A stretch of DNA of 62,543 nucleotides from Myxococcota bacterium (lineage in GTDB: Bacteria > Myxococcota_A > UBA796 > CAJQPC01). Shown piece by piece: positions 47,727-56,620 of the stretch. Numbering within the stretch: position 1 is the stretch's first letter; each line of letters starts with the position of its first letter. The stretch lies in NCBI GenBank assembly GCA_036012755.1, contig DASCPX010000228.1, forward strand, positions 1-62,543, given 5' to 3'. The notes beneath the pieces were generated by a model. That model did no database searches and was not told the origin of the DNA. It saw only the letters and a list, made by a program, of their open reading frames with translations. The position numbers and the translations under genes are program-made.

Positions 47727-48935
47727 ATGGCAAGGCTCTGCTGTCTGGACCTCGACACCTTCTTCGTGTCGGTGGAGCGCCTCCTGGACCCCTCCTTGAT
47801 CGGCAAACCCGTGGTCGTGGGCGCTGTCGGCACCCGCGGGGTCGTCACGGCCTGCAGCTACGAGGTGCGGCGCCTCGGCGTGAGGAGCGGCATGGCCATC
47901 TCAGAGGCCCGGCGCCTCGCTCCCCGAGCGGTCTACCTCCCGCCCAGGCACAACACCTACACCCCATACGCCAAGCGGGTCCGAGAGGTGCTCGAGGGCT
48001 TCACCCCGGTCGTTCAGACCGCCAGCATCGACGAGTTCTTCCTCGACTTCCGCGGCTGCGAGCGTCTCTATCGACGGGACGGGGACCTCGACGACGACGC
48101 TACGATCGAGCGCATCGCCTGGGAGATGCGAGAGGCTGTCATGGCCGAGACCGGGCTCCCAGCCAGCTGCGGACTGGGTGTGACCCGCAGCGTCGCCAAG
48201 ATGGCGAGCGGCATGGCAAAGCCCGCGGGCGTGCGCATGGTGCGGCCCGGCACCGAGCTCGAGGTCTTCCGGGACGCGCCGGTTCGCAAGTTCCCGGGGA
48301 TCGGCCCGGTGATGGAGGCGAAGCTGGCAGAGGCGGGCTTGTTCACCCTCGGCCAGCTCGTCGAGCTCGGCGCCGGGCGACAGCGCGGTCGGTTTCGCCG
48401 TGTGTCCGAGGGGGTGCAGCGGGCGTTGTCCGGCCACCGCCGCGAGCTCGGCAGGGACCGACCGGCCTTTCGGGAGCACGATCCCGACGGTCTCACGCTG
48501 GGCTCGATCAGCAACGAGCGCACCTTCCTCGCTGACGTCGGGGACCAGCGACGCATCCTCGACCAGCTGCGCGTCCTCTGCGAGAGGGTCTGCTGGCGAG
48601 CCCGCAAACGCTCGATCAGGGCTCGGACCGTCACGCTCAAGCTGCGCTACTCCGACTTCCACACGATCACCCGGGGGCGCACGCTGCACCCGACGAACCG
48701 GGAGAGCACCGTCCTCGCCTGCGTGAGCCAGCTCTACCGCGAGGGGCGCACGAGGGACCTGCGGATTCGCCTCCTGGGAGTCCAGCTGTCGAACCTGGTC
48801 GGACGGGACATGCAGCTCTCCCTCCCCTTCGGCGGGCCCACAGAGCGGCCGCAGGTAGGCGGGGCGATCGACGCGGTCAGGGAGCGCTTCGGCTACGACG
48901 CCATCCGCTTCGGCACGCCCAGGAAGTCGTCGTGA
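47727..48935 (+). CDS. dinB: DNA polymerase IV
   Basis: LDLDTFFVSVE, CSYEVR..GVRSGM, SIDE, AKMASGMAKPAG, SISNERTF, TVTLKLRYSDF. Confidence 0.95.
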   Translation: MARLCCLDLDTFFVSVERLLDPSLIGKPVVVGAVGTRGVVTACSYEVRRLGVRSGMAISEARRLAPRAVYLPPRHNTYTPYAKRVREVLEGFTPVVQTASIDEFFLDFRGCERLYRRDGDLDDDATIERIAWEMREAVMAETGLPASCGLGVTRSVAKMASGMAKPAGVRMVRPGTELEVFRDAPVRKFPGIGPVMEAKLAEAGLFTLGQLVELGAGRQRGRFRRVSEGVQRALSGHRRELGRDRPAFREHDPDGLTLGSISNERTFLADVGDQRRILDQLRVLCERVCWRARKRSIRARTVTLKLRYSDFHTITRGRTLHPTNRESTVLACVSQLYREGRTRDLRIRLLGVQLSNLVGRDMQLSLPFGGPTERPQVGGAIDAVRERFGYDAIRFGTPRKSS

Positions 48936-49039
48936 ATCGCCTGAGCCGTCGACGCGACAGGCAACAGGCAAAGAGGACGAGCGCAACCAGAGAGAGCATT
49001 CCCCGATGCCAACGGCGTAGGCTTCGGCTTGGAGGCGCG

Positions 49040-50374
49040 GTGTTGTCGGTGCTACCCGGTCTGATCTGGTCACTCGGATGCGAGGCGACCGTCGGTAGCA
49101 TCGACGTCAGCGACGACAGCAGCGACTCGGCCAACACGCCCGATGACACCGGCAGGGAAGACGTCCCGGGGGTGGCAGAGGTCCTCCCGGTGCTGGTCAT
49201 CGCGACCTCCGACGACATCGGCAGCGAGAAGGTCGCGGGAACGCTGGAGGTCGTCGAGGTCCACGAAGGAGATCCAGAGGACATCGACGATGCGCCGCGC
49301 AGCCTCGTCACGGACATCGGCATCGAGGTCCACGGTTCATCTTCCCAGGGCTACCCGAAGCTCGGCTACCGCATGGAGACCCGCGACGAAGACGGGGACG
49401 ACGAGAACCACTCGCTCCTTGGGCTGTCCTCTGGCAGCGACTGGGTCCTGCACGCGCCCTACTCGGACAAGACGCTCGTGCGGAACGCGCTCAGCTACGG
49501 CCTGGGCTCGCTCATCTCAGAGGCCTACCAGCCCGGGACGCGCTTCGTCGAGCTGATCCTCAACGACCGCTACCGGGGGGTCTACGTCGTGGTGGAGCGC
49601 ATCCGACGCGGCCGGATCGAGCTCACGGACCCGGAAGAGGACGTCACCGGCGCCTACATCGTGCGCATCGACCAGCACCGCAACGAGGGCTGGAACACGA
49701 CCGTCGGCACACCCATCGACTGGTACCAGCCGCGCTACGAGGACATCACGTCGGCCCAGGACACCTACCTGCGGGGGTGGTTCAACGACTTCGAAGCGGC
49801 GATGTCGAAGGACGACTTCGCCGACACCTACGAAGACTGGATCGTGACCGACGAGTGGATCGACCACTTCCTGGTCAACGAGCTCTCCCACAACATCGAC
49901 GCCTACCGCCTGTCGGCCTACCTCTACAAGGACGCCGAGGCCGACGGCGGCAAGCTCCACGCTGGCCCCCTGTGGGACTTCGACAGGGCCTACGGCAACG
50001 TGAACTACTGCGACTGCTGGTACGCGGAGGGCTGGATCATCGACAGCCTCATCGACTGCGGCGAGGGCTGGCAGTTCCCCTTCTGGTGGAGACGGTTGGA
50101 GCAGGATCCTGCCTACCAGGAGGCAGTGGACTGCCGCTGGGAGGCCCTCCGCGCCGAGCACTTCTCTGATGCCGCCCTCGAAGAACACATCCGAGGCCTC
50201 GTGGTCGAGATCGGCGAGGCCGAAGAGCGCGATCACGACCGGTGGGACGTGATCGGCCAGTACATCGATCCCAACTACTACGTCGGCGACACCTACGAAG
50301 ACGAGATCGACTGGCTCATCGAGTGGACCCACCAGCGGGCAGAGTGGATGGACTCAGAGCTCGTCTGCGACTGA
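49040..50374 (+). CDS. CotH kinase family exported protein
   Basis: RBS GGAGG before GTG; HGSSS..YPK, WVL.APYSDKTLVRN, YRGVY, GPLWDFDRAYG. Confidence 0.88.
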   Translation: MLSVLPGLIWSLGCEATVGSIDVSDDSSDSANTPDDTGREDVPGVAEVLPVLVIATSDDIGSEKVAGTLEVVEVHEGDPEDIDDAPRSLVTDIGIEVHGSSSQGYPKLGYRMETRDEDGDDENHSLLGLSSGSDWVLHAPYSDKTLVRNALSYGLGSLISEAYQPGTRFVELILNDRYRGVYVVVERIRRGRIELTDPEEDVTGAYIVRIDQHRNEGWNTTVGTPIDWYQPRYEDITSAQDTYLRGWFNDFEAAMSKDDFADTYEDWIVTDEWIDHFLVNELSHNIDAYRLSAYLYKDAEADGGKLHAGPLWDFDRAYGNVNYCDCWYAEGWIIDSLIDCGEGWQFPFWWRRLEQDPAYQEAVDCRWEALRAEHFSDAALEEHIRGLVVEIGEAEERDHDRWDVIGQYIDPNYYVGDTYEDEIDWLIEWTHQRAEWMDSELVCD

Positions 50375-50399
50375 GTTCCTCGCTCCGCCTCGCTCAGCG

Positions 50400-50717
50400 T
50401 CAGGACACGCCGAGGAGCTCGACCTCGAAGACGAGGGTCGCGTTCGGGGGGATCAGACCGGGATAGCCGCGGTCGCCGTAGGCCATGTTGCCGGGGATCG
50501 TGAGCTTGCGCTTGCCGCCGACGCGCATGCCCGAGACACCAACGTCCCAGCCCTTGATCACCATCCCGTCGCCGAGCCGAAACTGGAAGGGCTGACCGCG
50601 GTCGACGGAGCTGTCGAACTTCGTGCCGTCCGTGAGCCAGCCCGTGTAGTGCACGCTCACCTGGTTGCCGTGGGCCGCGACTGCGCCGTCGCCGTCTTCG
50701 ATGTCTTCGATGTTCAT
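50400..50717 (-). CDS. FKBP-type peptidyl-prolyl isomerase
   Basis: [42 protein letters not shown]. Confidence 0.96.
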   Translation of the reverse strand: MNIEDIEDGDGAVAAHGNQVSVHYTGWLTDGTKFDSSVDRGQPFQFRLGDGMVIKGWDVGVSGMRVGGKRKLTIPGNMAYGDRGYPGLIPPNATLVFEVELLGVS

Positions 50718-50753
50718 GCGTCGCCTCGTAGCACGTCAGCGTTTGGAATGACC

Positions 50754-52319
50754 TCAGTCCCGATACCCGAGCGCCTTCAGCCGAAGATCCTCTTCGTCCT
50801 CTGCCCAGGGTTCGATGGCATCCCCGGCGCCCTTGACGAGGCCCTCGTAGACGAGCCCACCCTGGGCATCGACCAGCCGTATCTCGGGAACGCTGGTCCC
50901 GATCACGCCCAACCGCAGGGTGCAGCCAGGCACGTCGACGTCCATGCGGAAGAGGCGCTCCTCGACCTGCTCCATCCAGCCGCAGGTCCAAGGGGGCTGG
51001 ACGGGGTCGGCGACGACGTGGCCGTCGATCTCCAGCGAGGCGACACCCGTGAGATCAACCGCGCGAGCCCAGGTCGGCGGGGCGGTGCTCGGGCCCGGGT
51101 GGAGATCGCTGGCCGGCAGGGCATCCGCGGCCCTGGCCAGTCGGCGGCGGTCGGCCTCCCGCGCTAGCGGCGTGAGCTCGTCCGGCAGCTCGAACAGGAA
51201 GGCGCCACCTGGCGTGTCGAGGAGCTTGAGGCCACCGAGGACCAGCGCCGAGCGGTGCTCGCTCTCGTAGAGGAGCTGCCCGGCGACGGCCACCCCCGGG
51301 TCCTCGGTGGCGAGGCTCACTCCGACCCAGGCTTCGGGGGCCGGGACGCCGAGGAGCGTGGCGAGGGTGGGCGGGATGTCCACGAGCCTGGCGGGCCGCG
51401 CGTCCTGCCGCGGCTCGATGCCGGGCCCCCCTATCAACAGCGGGACCTCCAGGACCTCCTCCCACAGGGCGTGGCCGTGCTCGAAGCCATCGTGCTCCCA
51501 GAGCTCCTCGCCGTGATCGCTGAAGACGACGACGACGTCCGCGGCCTCCAGCAGCGGCGCCAGCATCTCGAGGCGGAGCGCGACCGTCTCCCGGTAGTGG
51601 CCGCGCAGCGTGTCCGCGTCGTACAGCCCGGCGCGACCCCCGGCGAGATCGTCGAAGCCCTCGTAGGGGAGGTGCGGCCCCATCACGTGCGCGAAGACGA
51701 GGTCCGGACCGTCCTCTGCGAGCCAGCCGAGCGCCTGCTCCACGACGGCGTCGTCCCCGCCGACCACTCGGAAGTGCCGAAAACCGGCGGCGATGCCCCG
51801 ATTGGGCCGCAGGTGGGGGTTGGAGACGACCGCGCGAGGCCTCCACGCCCCCAGGGTCTCGGCGAGGCCCTGGCGCGGCGGCTGGATCGACTGCTCCGGA
51901 CCCAGGGGCCGCTGGAGCCAGCGTCCGGTGAGGACGGCGACCAGCGAGGGGAAGGTCCAGGGGCTCGGGGCCCGCGCGTGGGCGAAGGTCCAGGCCTCCT
52001 CGGCGAAGGCCGACAGCGCCGGCGAGTACTGGAGGTGATCCGCTCGCAGGGTGTCGATCGACAGCAGGAGCACGTCCGGGCCCGCCCCACTGGAGCGCTC
52101 GTCGAGGGCCACGACACGGCAGTCCGGGTCGTCGTACCGGGTGTAGCGGTCGGTGACGGTGAGTCGAGCGCAGCCAGGCGGATCCTGGACGAGCGTGGCG
52201 TCGCCCACCGGAACCCGCTCTCCGGGCTGCACGAGGAAGCCCTCCCCACCGAGGGCTCCCTGGGCGACTCGCGCGGGCACGCTCGGCGGCTCGGCGAGGC
52301 AGGCGAGCATCAGGATCAT
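50754..52319 (-). CDS. Sulfatase-like lipoprotein
   Basis: MILMLAC; LSIDTLRADHL, SPWTFPS, PHLPY, SDHGEE, HGHALWEE, LKALGY. Confidence 0.85.
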   Translation of the reverse strand: MILMLACLAEPPSVPARVAQGALGGEGFLVQPGERVPVGDATLVQDPPGCARLTVTDRYTRYDDPDCRVVALDERSSGAGPDVLLLSIDTLRADHLQYSPALSAFAEEAWTFAHARAPSPWTFPSLVAVLTGRWLQRPLGPEQSIQPPRQGLAETLGAWRPRAVVSNPHLRPNRGIAAGFRHFRVVGGDDAVVEQALGWLAEDGPDLVFAHVMGPHLPYEGFDDLAGGRAGLYDADTLRGHYRETVALRLEMLAPLLEAADVVVVFSDHGEELWEHDGFEHGHALWEEVLEVPLLIGGPGIEPRQDARPARLVDIPPTLATLLGVPAPEAWVGVSLATEDPGVAVAGQLLYESEHRSALVLGGLKLLDTPGGAFLFELPDELTPLAREADRRRLARAADALPASDLHPGPSTAPPTWARAVDLTGVASLEIDGHVVADPVQPPWTCGWMEQVEERLFRMDVDVPGCTLRLGVIGTSVPEIRLVDAQGGLVYEGLVKGAGDAIEPWAEDEEDLRLKALGYRD

Positions 52320-52323
52320 CGCG

Positions 52324-52764
52324 CTAGCGACCGTAGAGCTTGCCGCCGGCCTCGCCGTCGCAGCTGTGACAGCCATTGCAGGAGCCGCTCTGGGCAGCGT
52401 CCATCATCATCATCGTGCCCTCGGCGCTCTCCACCTCCACCCGGAGCGGCGGGACGAGCTCCACGCTGCTGGCGAAGTTGCCGGCGGCGTTGCTGCTCAA
52501 CTCCAGCTGCTCGCCAGCCGCGTCCTCGACCCGCACGGTCGCGCCGGGTAGCGGGGCGCCCCCGTCGAGGTCGGTCCAGACGGTGCCGGAGACCGACAGC
52601 GAGAGCTCGCCCTCGCTGTGACAGGACTCGCAGACGGAGCCAGGCAGGGACAGTCCTCCCTCGCACTCGCAGTCGCCGTCTTCGCAGGCCTCGTTGGCGC
52701 TGTTGCAGCCCGGATCCGAGTCGGGTGCCGGATCGCCACAGGCCAGGAGCATGGGCAGGATCAC
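52324..52764 (-). CDS. Small diheme c-type cytochrome lipoprotein with carboxypeptidase-regulatory-like beta domain
   Basis: GTGA overlap; MLLAC; CESCH and CNGCH; SGTVW...GATVRV.D..G...SNAAGNF. Confidence 0.75.
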   Translation of the reverse strand: MILPMLLACGDPAPDSDPGCNSANEACEDGDCECEGGLSLPGSVCESCHSEGELSLSVSGTVWTDLDGGAPLPGATVRVEDAAGEQLELSSNAAGNFASSVELVPPLRVEVESAEGTMMMMDAAQSGSCNGCHSCDGEAGGKLYGR

Positions 52765-53948
52765 GCGGGAGAGACCTCGTCGATCTGTACGCCGCGCAGG
52801 TACCAGCCGGACTCCAGCCGGGGGGCAGCGACGGCCGGGTCGGGCTCCTCGAGGGTGATGTCGTACTCCCCGGTGCTGCTCGGCTCCCAGATGTGGGTCC
52901 ACATGATCCAGGAGCGGTTCGTCGTGTGGGGAGTGCAGAGCTTCACGGTCTCGAGTTTGGAGTCGCCTCCGAGCCTGATCTTCAGGCCCTCGATCGGCGC
53001 CTCGCCGCCCCAGAGGATCCCAGCGAGGAGGTAGATGACCCGGTCACCGAGCCGCCACTTCTCGACGCGCACGACAACGGCCGAGAGCCCCAAGCCCGCC
53101 GGCTTGCAGTCGGCAGCTACCTCGATGCCGGCGTCCTGTTGGGTGCGAGTGGCGAACTCCAGCATCTGGTCGGTCACCGGCTCCTGGTCGTCGACGAGGA
53201 CAAGGTCGGTGATCCACTTGATGGCGGTGCAGCCGTACCAGCCGGGCACGATCAACCGCGCCGGAGCTCCGTGGCTCTCGCTCAGCGGTTCGCCGTTGAT
53301 CCCCGTCGCGATGAAGGCCCCACGCTCCTCGAGATCCGAGAGAGGGAAGATCCAGCTCGCCCCGGGGATGGAGCGCGCGCTCTCGTTGTCGTGCTCGTCG
53401 AAGCCCACGACGAGCAGGCAGGTGGCCGCGGAGTCGATCTCCACCCTGGCCAGGACCTCGGAGAGCAGGACCCCGGACCAGGCCACCGCACCGATCAGAC
53501 CGAAGCCGGCGTAGGCGGTGTTGCCGGAGCACTCCATGAGGTGGACACCCTGCTCGAGGGCCTCGGCTGGGAGGTCCGCGGTGGCGAGCTCCACCTCGGC
53601 CGAGACCAGGCCGCGGATCCGGATCGTCTCGGGCTCGCCGGGCGACAGCGACTGGGGCTTGTCGGTGCGCACGAAGAAGGACTCGGCGGGCAGCACGAGA
53701 CCCTCCTCCGTCAGCGGGCTCAGATCGAAGGACCGCGCCGCGTCCAGGCCTTCGCCACAGAGGACACCGAAGCTGTGATCGCGCTCGTTGACGAAGGAGA
53801 CCAGGCCCTCGAAGGCGGCCTCCGCCAGCGGGTCATCGCAGAGCGGACCGAGGGCCTCCTCTCGGCAGCCGGCACCCAACGCCGCTGCGACGAGACCCCC
53901 GAGGGAACGGTGCAGCACCCAGCGGCGTGATCTCGTCGTCCCAGGCAT
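52761..53948 (-). CDS. Molybdopterin-dependent oxidoreductase (sulfite oxidase family), Tat signal
   Basis: SRRWVL, then LGAGC; FFVR, MECSGN, WSGVLL, NGEPL..SHGAPARLIVPGWYG...KW. Confidence 0.88.
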   Translation of the reverse strand: MPGTTRSRRWVLHRSLGGLVAAALGAGCREEALGPLCDDPLAEAAFEGLVSFVNERDHSFGVLCGEGLDAARSFDLSPLTEEGLVLPAESFFVRTDKPQSLSPGEPETIRIRGLVSAEVELATADLPAEALEQGVHLMECSGNTAYAGFGLIGAVAWSGVLLSEVLARVEIDSAATCLLVVGFDEHDNESARSIPGASWIFPLSDLEERGAFIATGINGEPLSESHGAPARLIVPGWYGCTAIKWITDLVLVDDQEPVTDQMLEFATRTQQDAGIEVAADCKPAGLGLSAVVVRVEKWRLGDRVIYLLAGILWGGEAPIEGLKIRLGGDSKLETVKLCTPHTTNRSWIMWTHIWEPSSTGEYDITLEEPDPAVAAPRLESGWYLRGVQIDEVSPA

Positions 53949-53967
53949 CGACACAGTCTATCCAGGA

Positions 53968-54579
53968 TCAGGAGGTCGCGACGCCCTGGTAGTGGAAGCC
54001 CAGGATCCGCGGCCCCGGGTCGAAGCTCCGCTCGATCTCCTGGACCTCGAAGCCGGCCGAGCGGATCAACGACTCGATCGGCCGGTTCAGGTGGCAGTTC
54101 GAGGTGAGGCGACTCCAGGCAGGGTCCAGGCGGTCCTGGCGGCGAGCGGTGTCCCGATCGTCCGCTCGTCCGTGCTCGATGAACAACAGCCGGCCGCCAG
54201 GAACGAGGGCTCGGCGGAGCGCGGCCAGGGCCGCATGGGGATCTCGGATGGAGCACAGCGTCCAGGTCATCACGACCGTGTCGATGCTGTGCTCCGGCAG
54301 CGCCAGCTTCTCGCAGGGCTGGACCAGGAACTCCACCTCCCTGCCCAGCGCCCGGGCGCGCTCGATCGCCTTGGGCTGGAGGTTCCAGGCCGGATCGACG
54401 GCCAACAGCGACTGCACTCCGGGCCCGTACCAGGGCAGGTTCTGGCCCGTTCCGATGCCGACCTCGAGCACCCGTCCGCTGGCGCGCGGGACCAGGCGCT
54501 CACGCCGCGCCGTGGAGACGGCTCGCCCCATCAGGTGGTCGACGAGCACCGGGGCGATGCGGTCGCGGAACAAAGCCAT
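53968..54579 (-). CDS. Class I SAM-dependent methyltransferase
   Basis: VLEVGIGTGQNL, DTVV..WTLCSI, LVPGGRLLFIEHG, CHLNR. Confidence 0.93.
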   Translation of the reverse strand: MALFRDRIAPVLVDHLMGRAVSTARRERLVPRASGRVLEVGIGTGQNLPWYGPGVQSLLAVDPAWNLQPKAIERARALGREVEFLVQPCEKLALPEHSIDTVVMTWTLCSIRDPHAALAALRRALVPGGRLLFIEHGRADDRDTARRQDRLDPAWSRLTSNCHLNRPIESLIRSAGFEVQEIERSFDPGPRILGFHYQGVATS

Positions 54580-54587
54580 CCCGGACG

Positions 54588-56303
54588 TCAGTCGAGCCTG
54601 CAGATGAAGGGGAGCTCGTATGAGCAGGTGCCGTCCTCCCAGTACCAGGAGTTCGGGGTGATCGCCGCGCAGTTCTCGGCGGTGCCGCCGTTGGGAGCCC
54701 CTCCACCCCAGGCCGGCGCCACCGCTTCCCCCTGCGGATCCACCCAGGTGCCCTCGGATGCGGCGTCGGTGGCGCCCACCCACCACCAGTAGATGCCGTC
54801 GAAGTAGGTGGTGTGCCAGTAGGTGTAGATGAAGATCACGTACCAGTCCTCGCCCGTCCGCGGGTAGCCGAGGTTGGCGTCGTGGGCCTCGCACTCGGCC
54901 TGCGCCTCGTCCCAGCTGCGGGGGTACCAGCACAGGAGCATGCGCGAGTCTCCGAAGGCGTGCTCCTCGCAGGTGTCGCACTCCTCTGCGTCGTCGATGT
55001 GGCTGTTGCAGTCGTCGTCCCGCTGGTTGCAGCGCTCCTCGGCCCCCGGGTTGATGAGCGGGTCGCCGTCGTCGCAGTCCTCGCACGAGCTGTAGCCGTC
55101 ACCGTCGGAGTCGGTCTCCGACCCTCTCTTGCAGTCCACGCGCGCGTCGAGGAAGGCGTGGCGGCCGTGACCGTAGGCCGCCAGGCGCTCGAGGGCCGAG
55201 TCGTGCTCCGCGACGGAGAAGTTGGTCATCGGATCGCTGGCGAAGGCCTCTGCAATCTGCTCTCCCCAGTCCCCGACGCGCTGAGCCATGAGGTCGGGGT
55301 CGTAGGACTCCACCGCCTCGTCGAGGGCGGTGATCAGGCGGGGGCCCCACTCGGCGTCGCCGGCGACGTTGTCGAAGTGGTACTGGTTGTTCGAGCCTCG
55401 GTACCAGCTGTAGGGGTCCGCCCAGAACGGCGTGGCGTCGAAGGAGTAGTCGAGGTCCCAGGGGATGAACATCAGCCCGCGCTCGGGATGCTCGTAGATG
55501 TAGAAGTTGTGGGAGCAGCACCAGTAGCCGTCGTTGTGCGGGATGACGGCCTCTGTCGCCCACTCGGTGATGTTGTACTCGAGGTCGGTGTGAGCCTCCT
55601 GCCACGCCACGCTCGTGTTGCTCCAGAACTCGGACAACAGCGCCGGGTCAGAGGCCTCCGCGTTGGAGGTGACCTGGGTGCCGTACTTCCAGAGCCCGCC
55701 GGTGGCGTTGTCGCCGAAGTTCCGCTCCAGGAACTCGTGGTCCACGAACTCGATGTTCTTGTAGAGCCCGTAGACCTCGCCGTTGATGTACAGCAGCGCG
55801 TTGTTTGCGCAGGGAGCCGGGATGCCGTGGTCCCGCATGTAGGCATACGCGAGCCGGTCCCGGATCAACGTCGGGTCGTACCACGACGAGTCCAGGGTGA
55901 GCTTGCGCAGACCCATGAAGCGAGCGTCCTCGTCGTACTCGTTGAAGGAGATGACGAACTGCATCTTGTCGCCGAGCCACGAGAACCCGGGGTTGCCGCG
56001 CAGACGCACGGCTGCGTTGTCCACCTCGATGTCCTCTCCAGAGGCGTAGACGAACCTGGCCGGGTGGTACTGCTTCACTCCCGAGGCGTAGTCCGAGATG
56101 ATCCCTGCCCACTCGGCCTCGTCGATCTCCAGGTGGAAGACAGGCAGGATCCGCTGGTCGTAGAGGGCTGGACAGCCGTCCTCGCCGGCAGCGGTGACGG
56201 TCTCCACGGCCGAGTCGGAGACCTCGCCGCCCTCGCCCGGGAGGGCAGGCAGGGTCGCGCTGCAGCCCGACGACAGCAGGCCCGGGAGCAGCACAAGAGG
56301 CAT
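54588..56303 (-). CDS. CotH kinase family lipoprotein with metal-binding repeat and C-type lectin domain
   Basis: VRLRGN, GLRKL, YGLY, HNFYIY, IPWDLDYSF; DCDD...ERCN..DDDC; WVGATD..SEGTW..PNGG..ENC...W.D..C...FIC. Confidence 0.88.
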   Translation of the reverse strand: MPLVLLPGLLSSGCSATLPALPGEGGEVSDSAVETVTAAGEDGCPALYDQRILPVFHLEIDEAEWAGIISDYASGVKQYHPARFVYASGEDIEVDNAAVRLRGNPGFSWLGDKMQFVISFNEYDEDARFMGLRKLTLDSSWYDPTLIRDRLAYAYMRDHGIPAPCANNALLYINGEVYGLYKNIEFVDHEFLERNFGDNATGGLWKYGTQVTSNAEASDPALLSEFWSNTSVAWQEAHTDLEYNITEWATEAVIPHNDGYWCCSHNFYIYEHPERGLMFIPWDLDYSFDATPFWADPYSWYRGSNNQYHFDNVAGDAEWGPRLITALDEAVESYDPDLMAQRVGDWGEQIAEAFASDPMTNFSVAEHDSALERLAAYGHGRHAFLDARVDCKRGSETDSDGDGYSSCEDCDDGDPLINPGAEERCNQRDDDCNSHIDDAEECDTCEEHAFGDSRMLLCWYPRSWDEAQAECEAHDANLGYPRTGEDWYVIFIYTYWHTTYFDGIYWWWVGATDAASEGTWVDPQGEAVAPAWGGGAPNGGTAENCAAITPNSWYWEDGTCSYELPFICRLD

Positions 56304-56345
56304 GCCCCACGGTAGCACCGGGCAGCCGGCGACGAGCCGCGCGAA

Positions 56346-56373
56346 GCTCCCACCGCGAAGGCGCAGTGGGAGC
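56346..56373 (-). terminator. Stable hairpin after the small ORF
   Basis: GCTCCCACTGCG-cctt-CGCGGTGGGAGC on the minus strand. Confidence 0.5.
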
Positions 56374-56381
56374 CGGGATAC

Positions 56382-56519
56382 TCAGCCTCCGCAGACCGCG
56401 TTGTCGCCGTCCTGGGTGGCCACGCCAGTGTTGCCGCAGGTCACGGCGCAGGCACCTCCGAGCAGGTCGCAAGCGACCAGGCCAAGCGAGAACGCAGCCA
56501 GGACCATGAGCGTTTTTAT
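56382..56519 (-). pseudogene. Short lipoprotein remnant or mini-lipoprotein
   Basis: RBS AAGGAG then ATA-AAA-ACG-CTC-ATG...: (I)KTLMVLAAFSLGLVAC followed by only 28 residues. Confidence 0.4.
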
Positions 56520-56620
56520 CTCTTCTCCTTGGGACCTCGTCTCGACCACTTGACACCGCCGGGGCCCCTGAACGCGACCCCGATCACCGCCGAGGCGTCG
56601 CGGGGGCCTACTATCTCCGC

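Noticed and set aside
56303..56519. Second selenoprotein: small ORF ends CGG-TGA (CxxU-like), in frame with the downstream CotH gene and followed by a hairpin
   Set aside because: The read-through peptide looks non-coding, the hairpin loop (CCTT) lacks the SECIS G, and the CotH gene has its own TAnnnT hexamer and signal peptide. In-frame status has a 1-in-3 chance.
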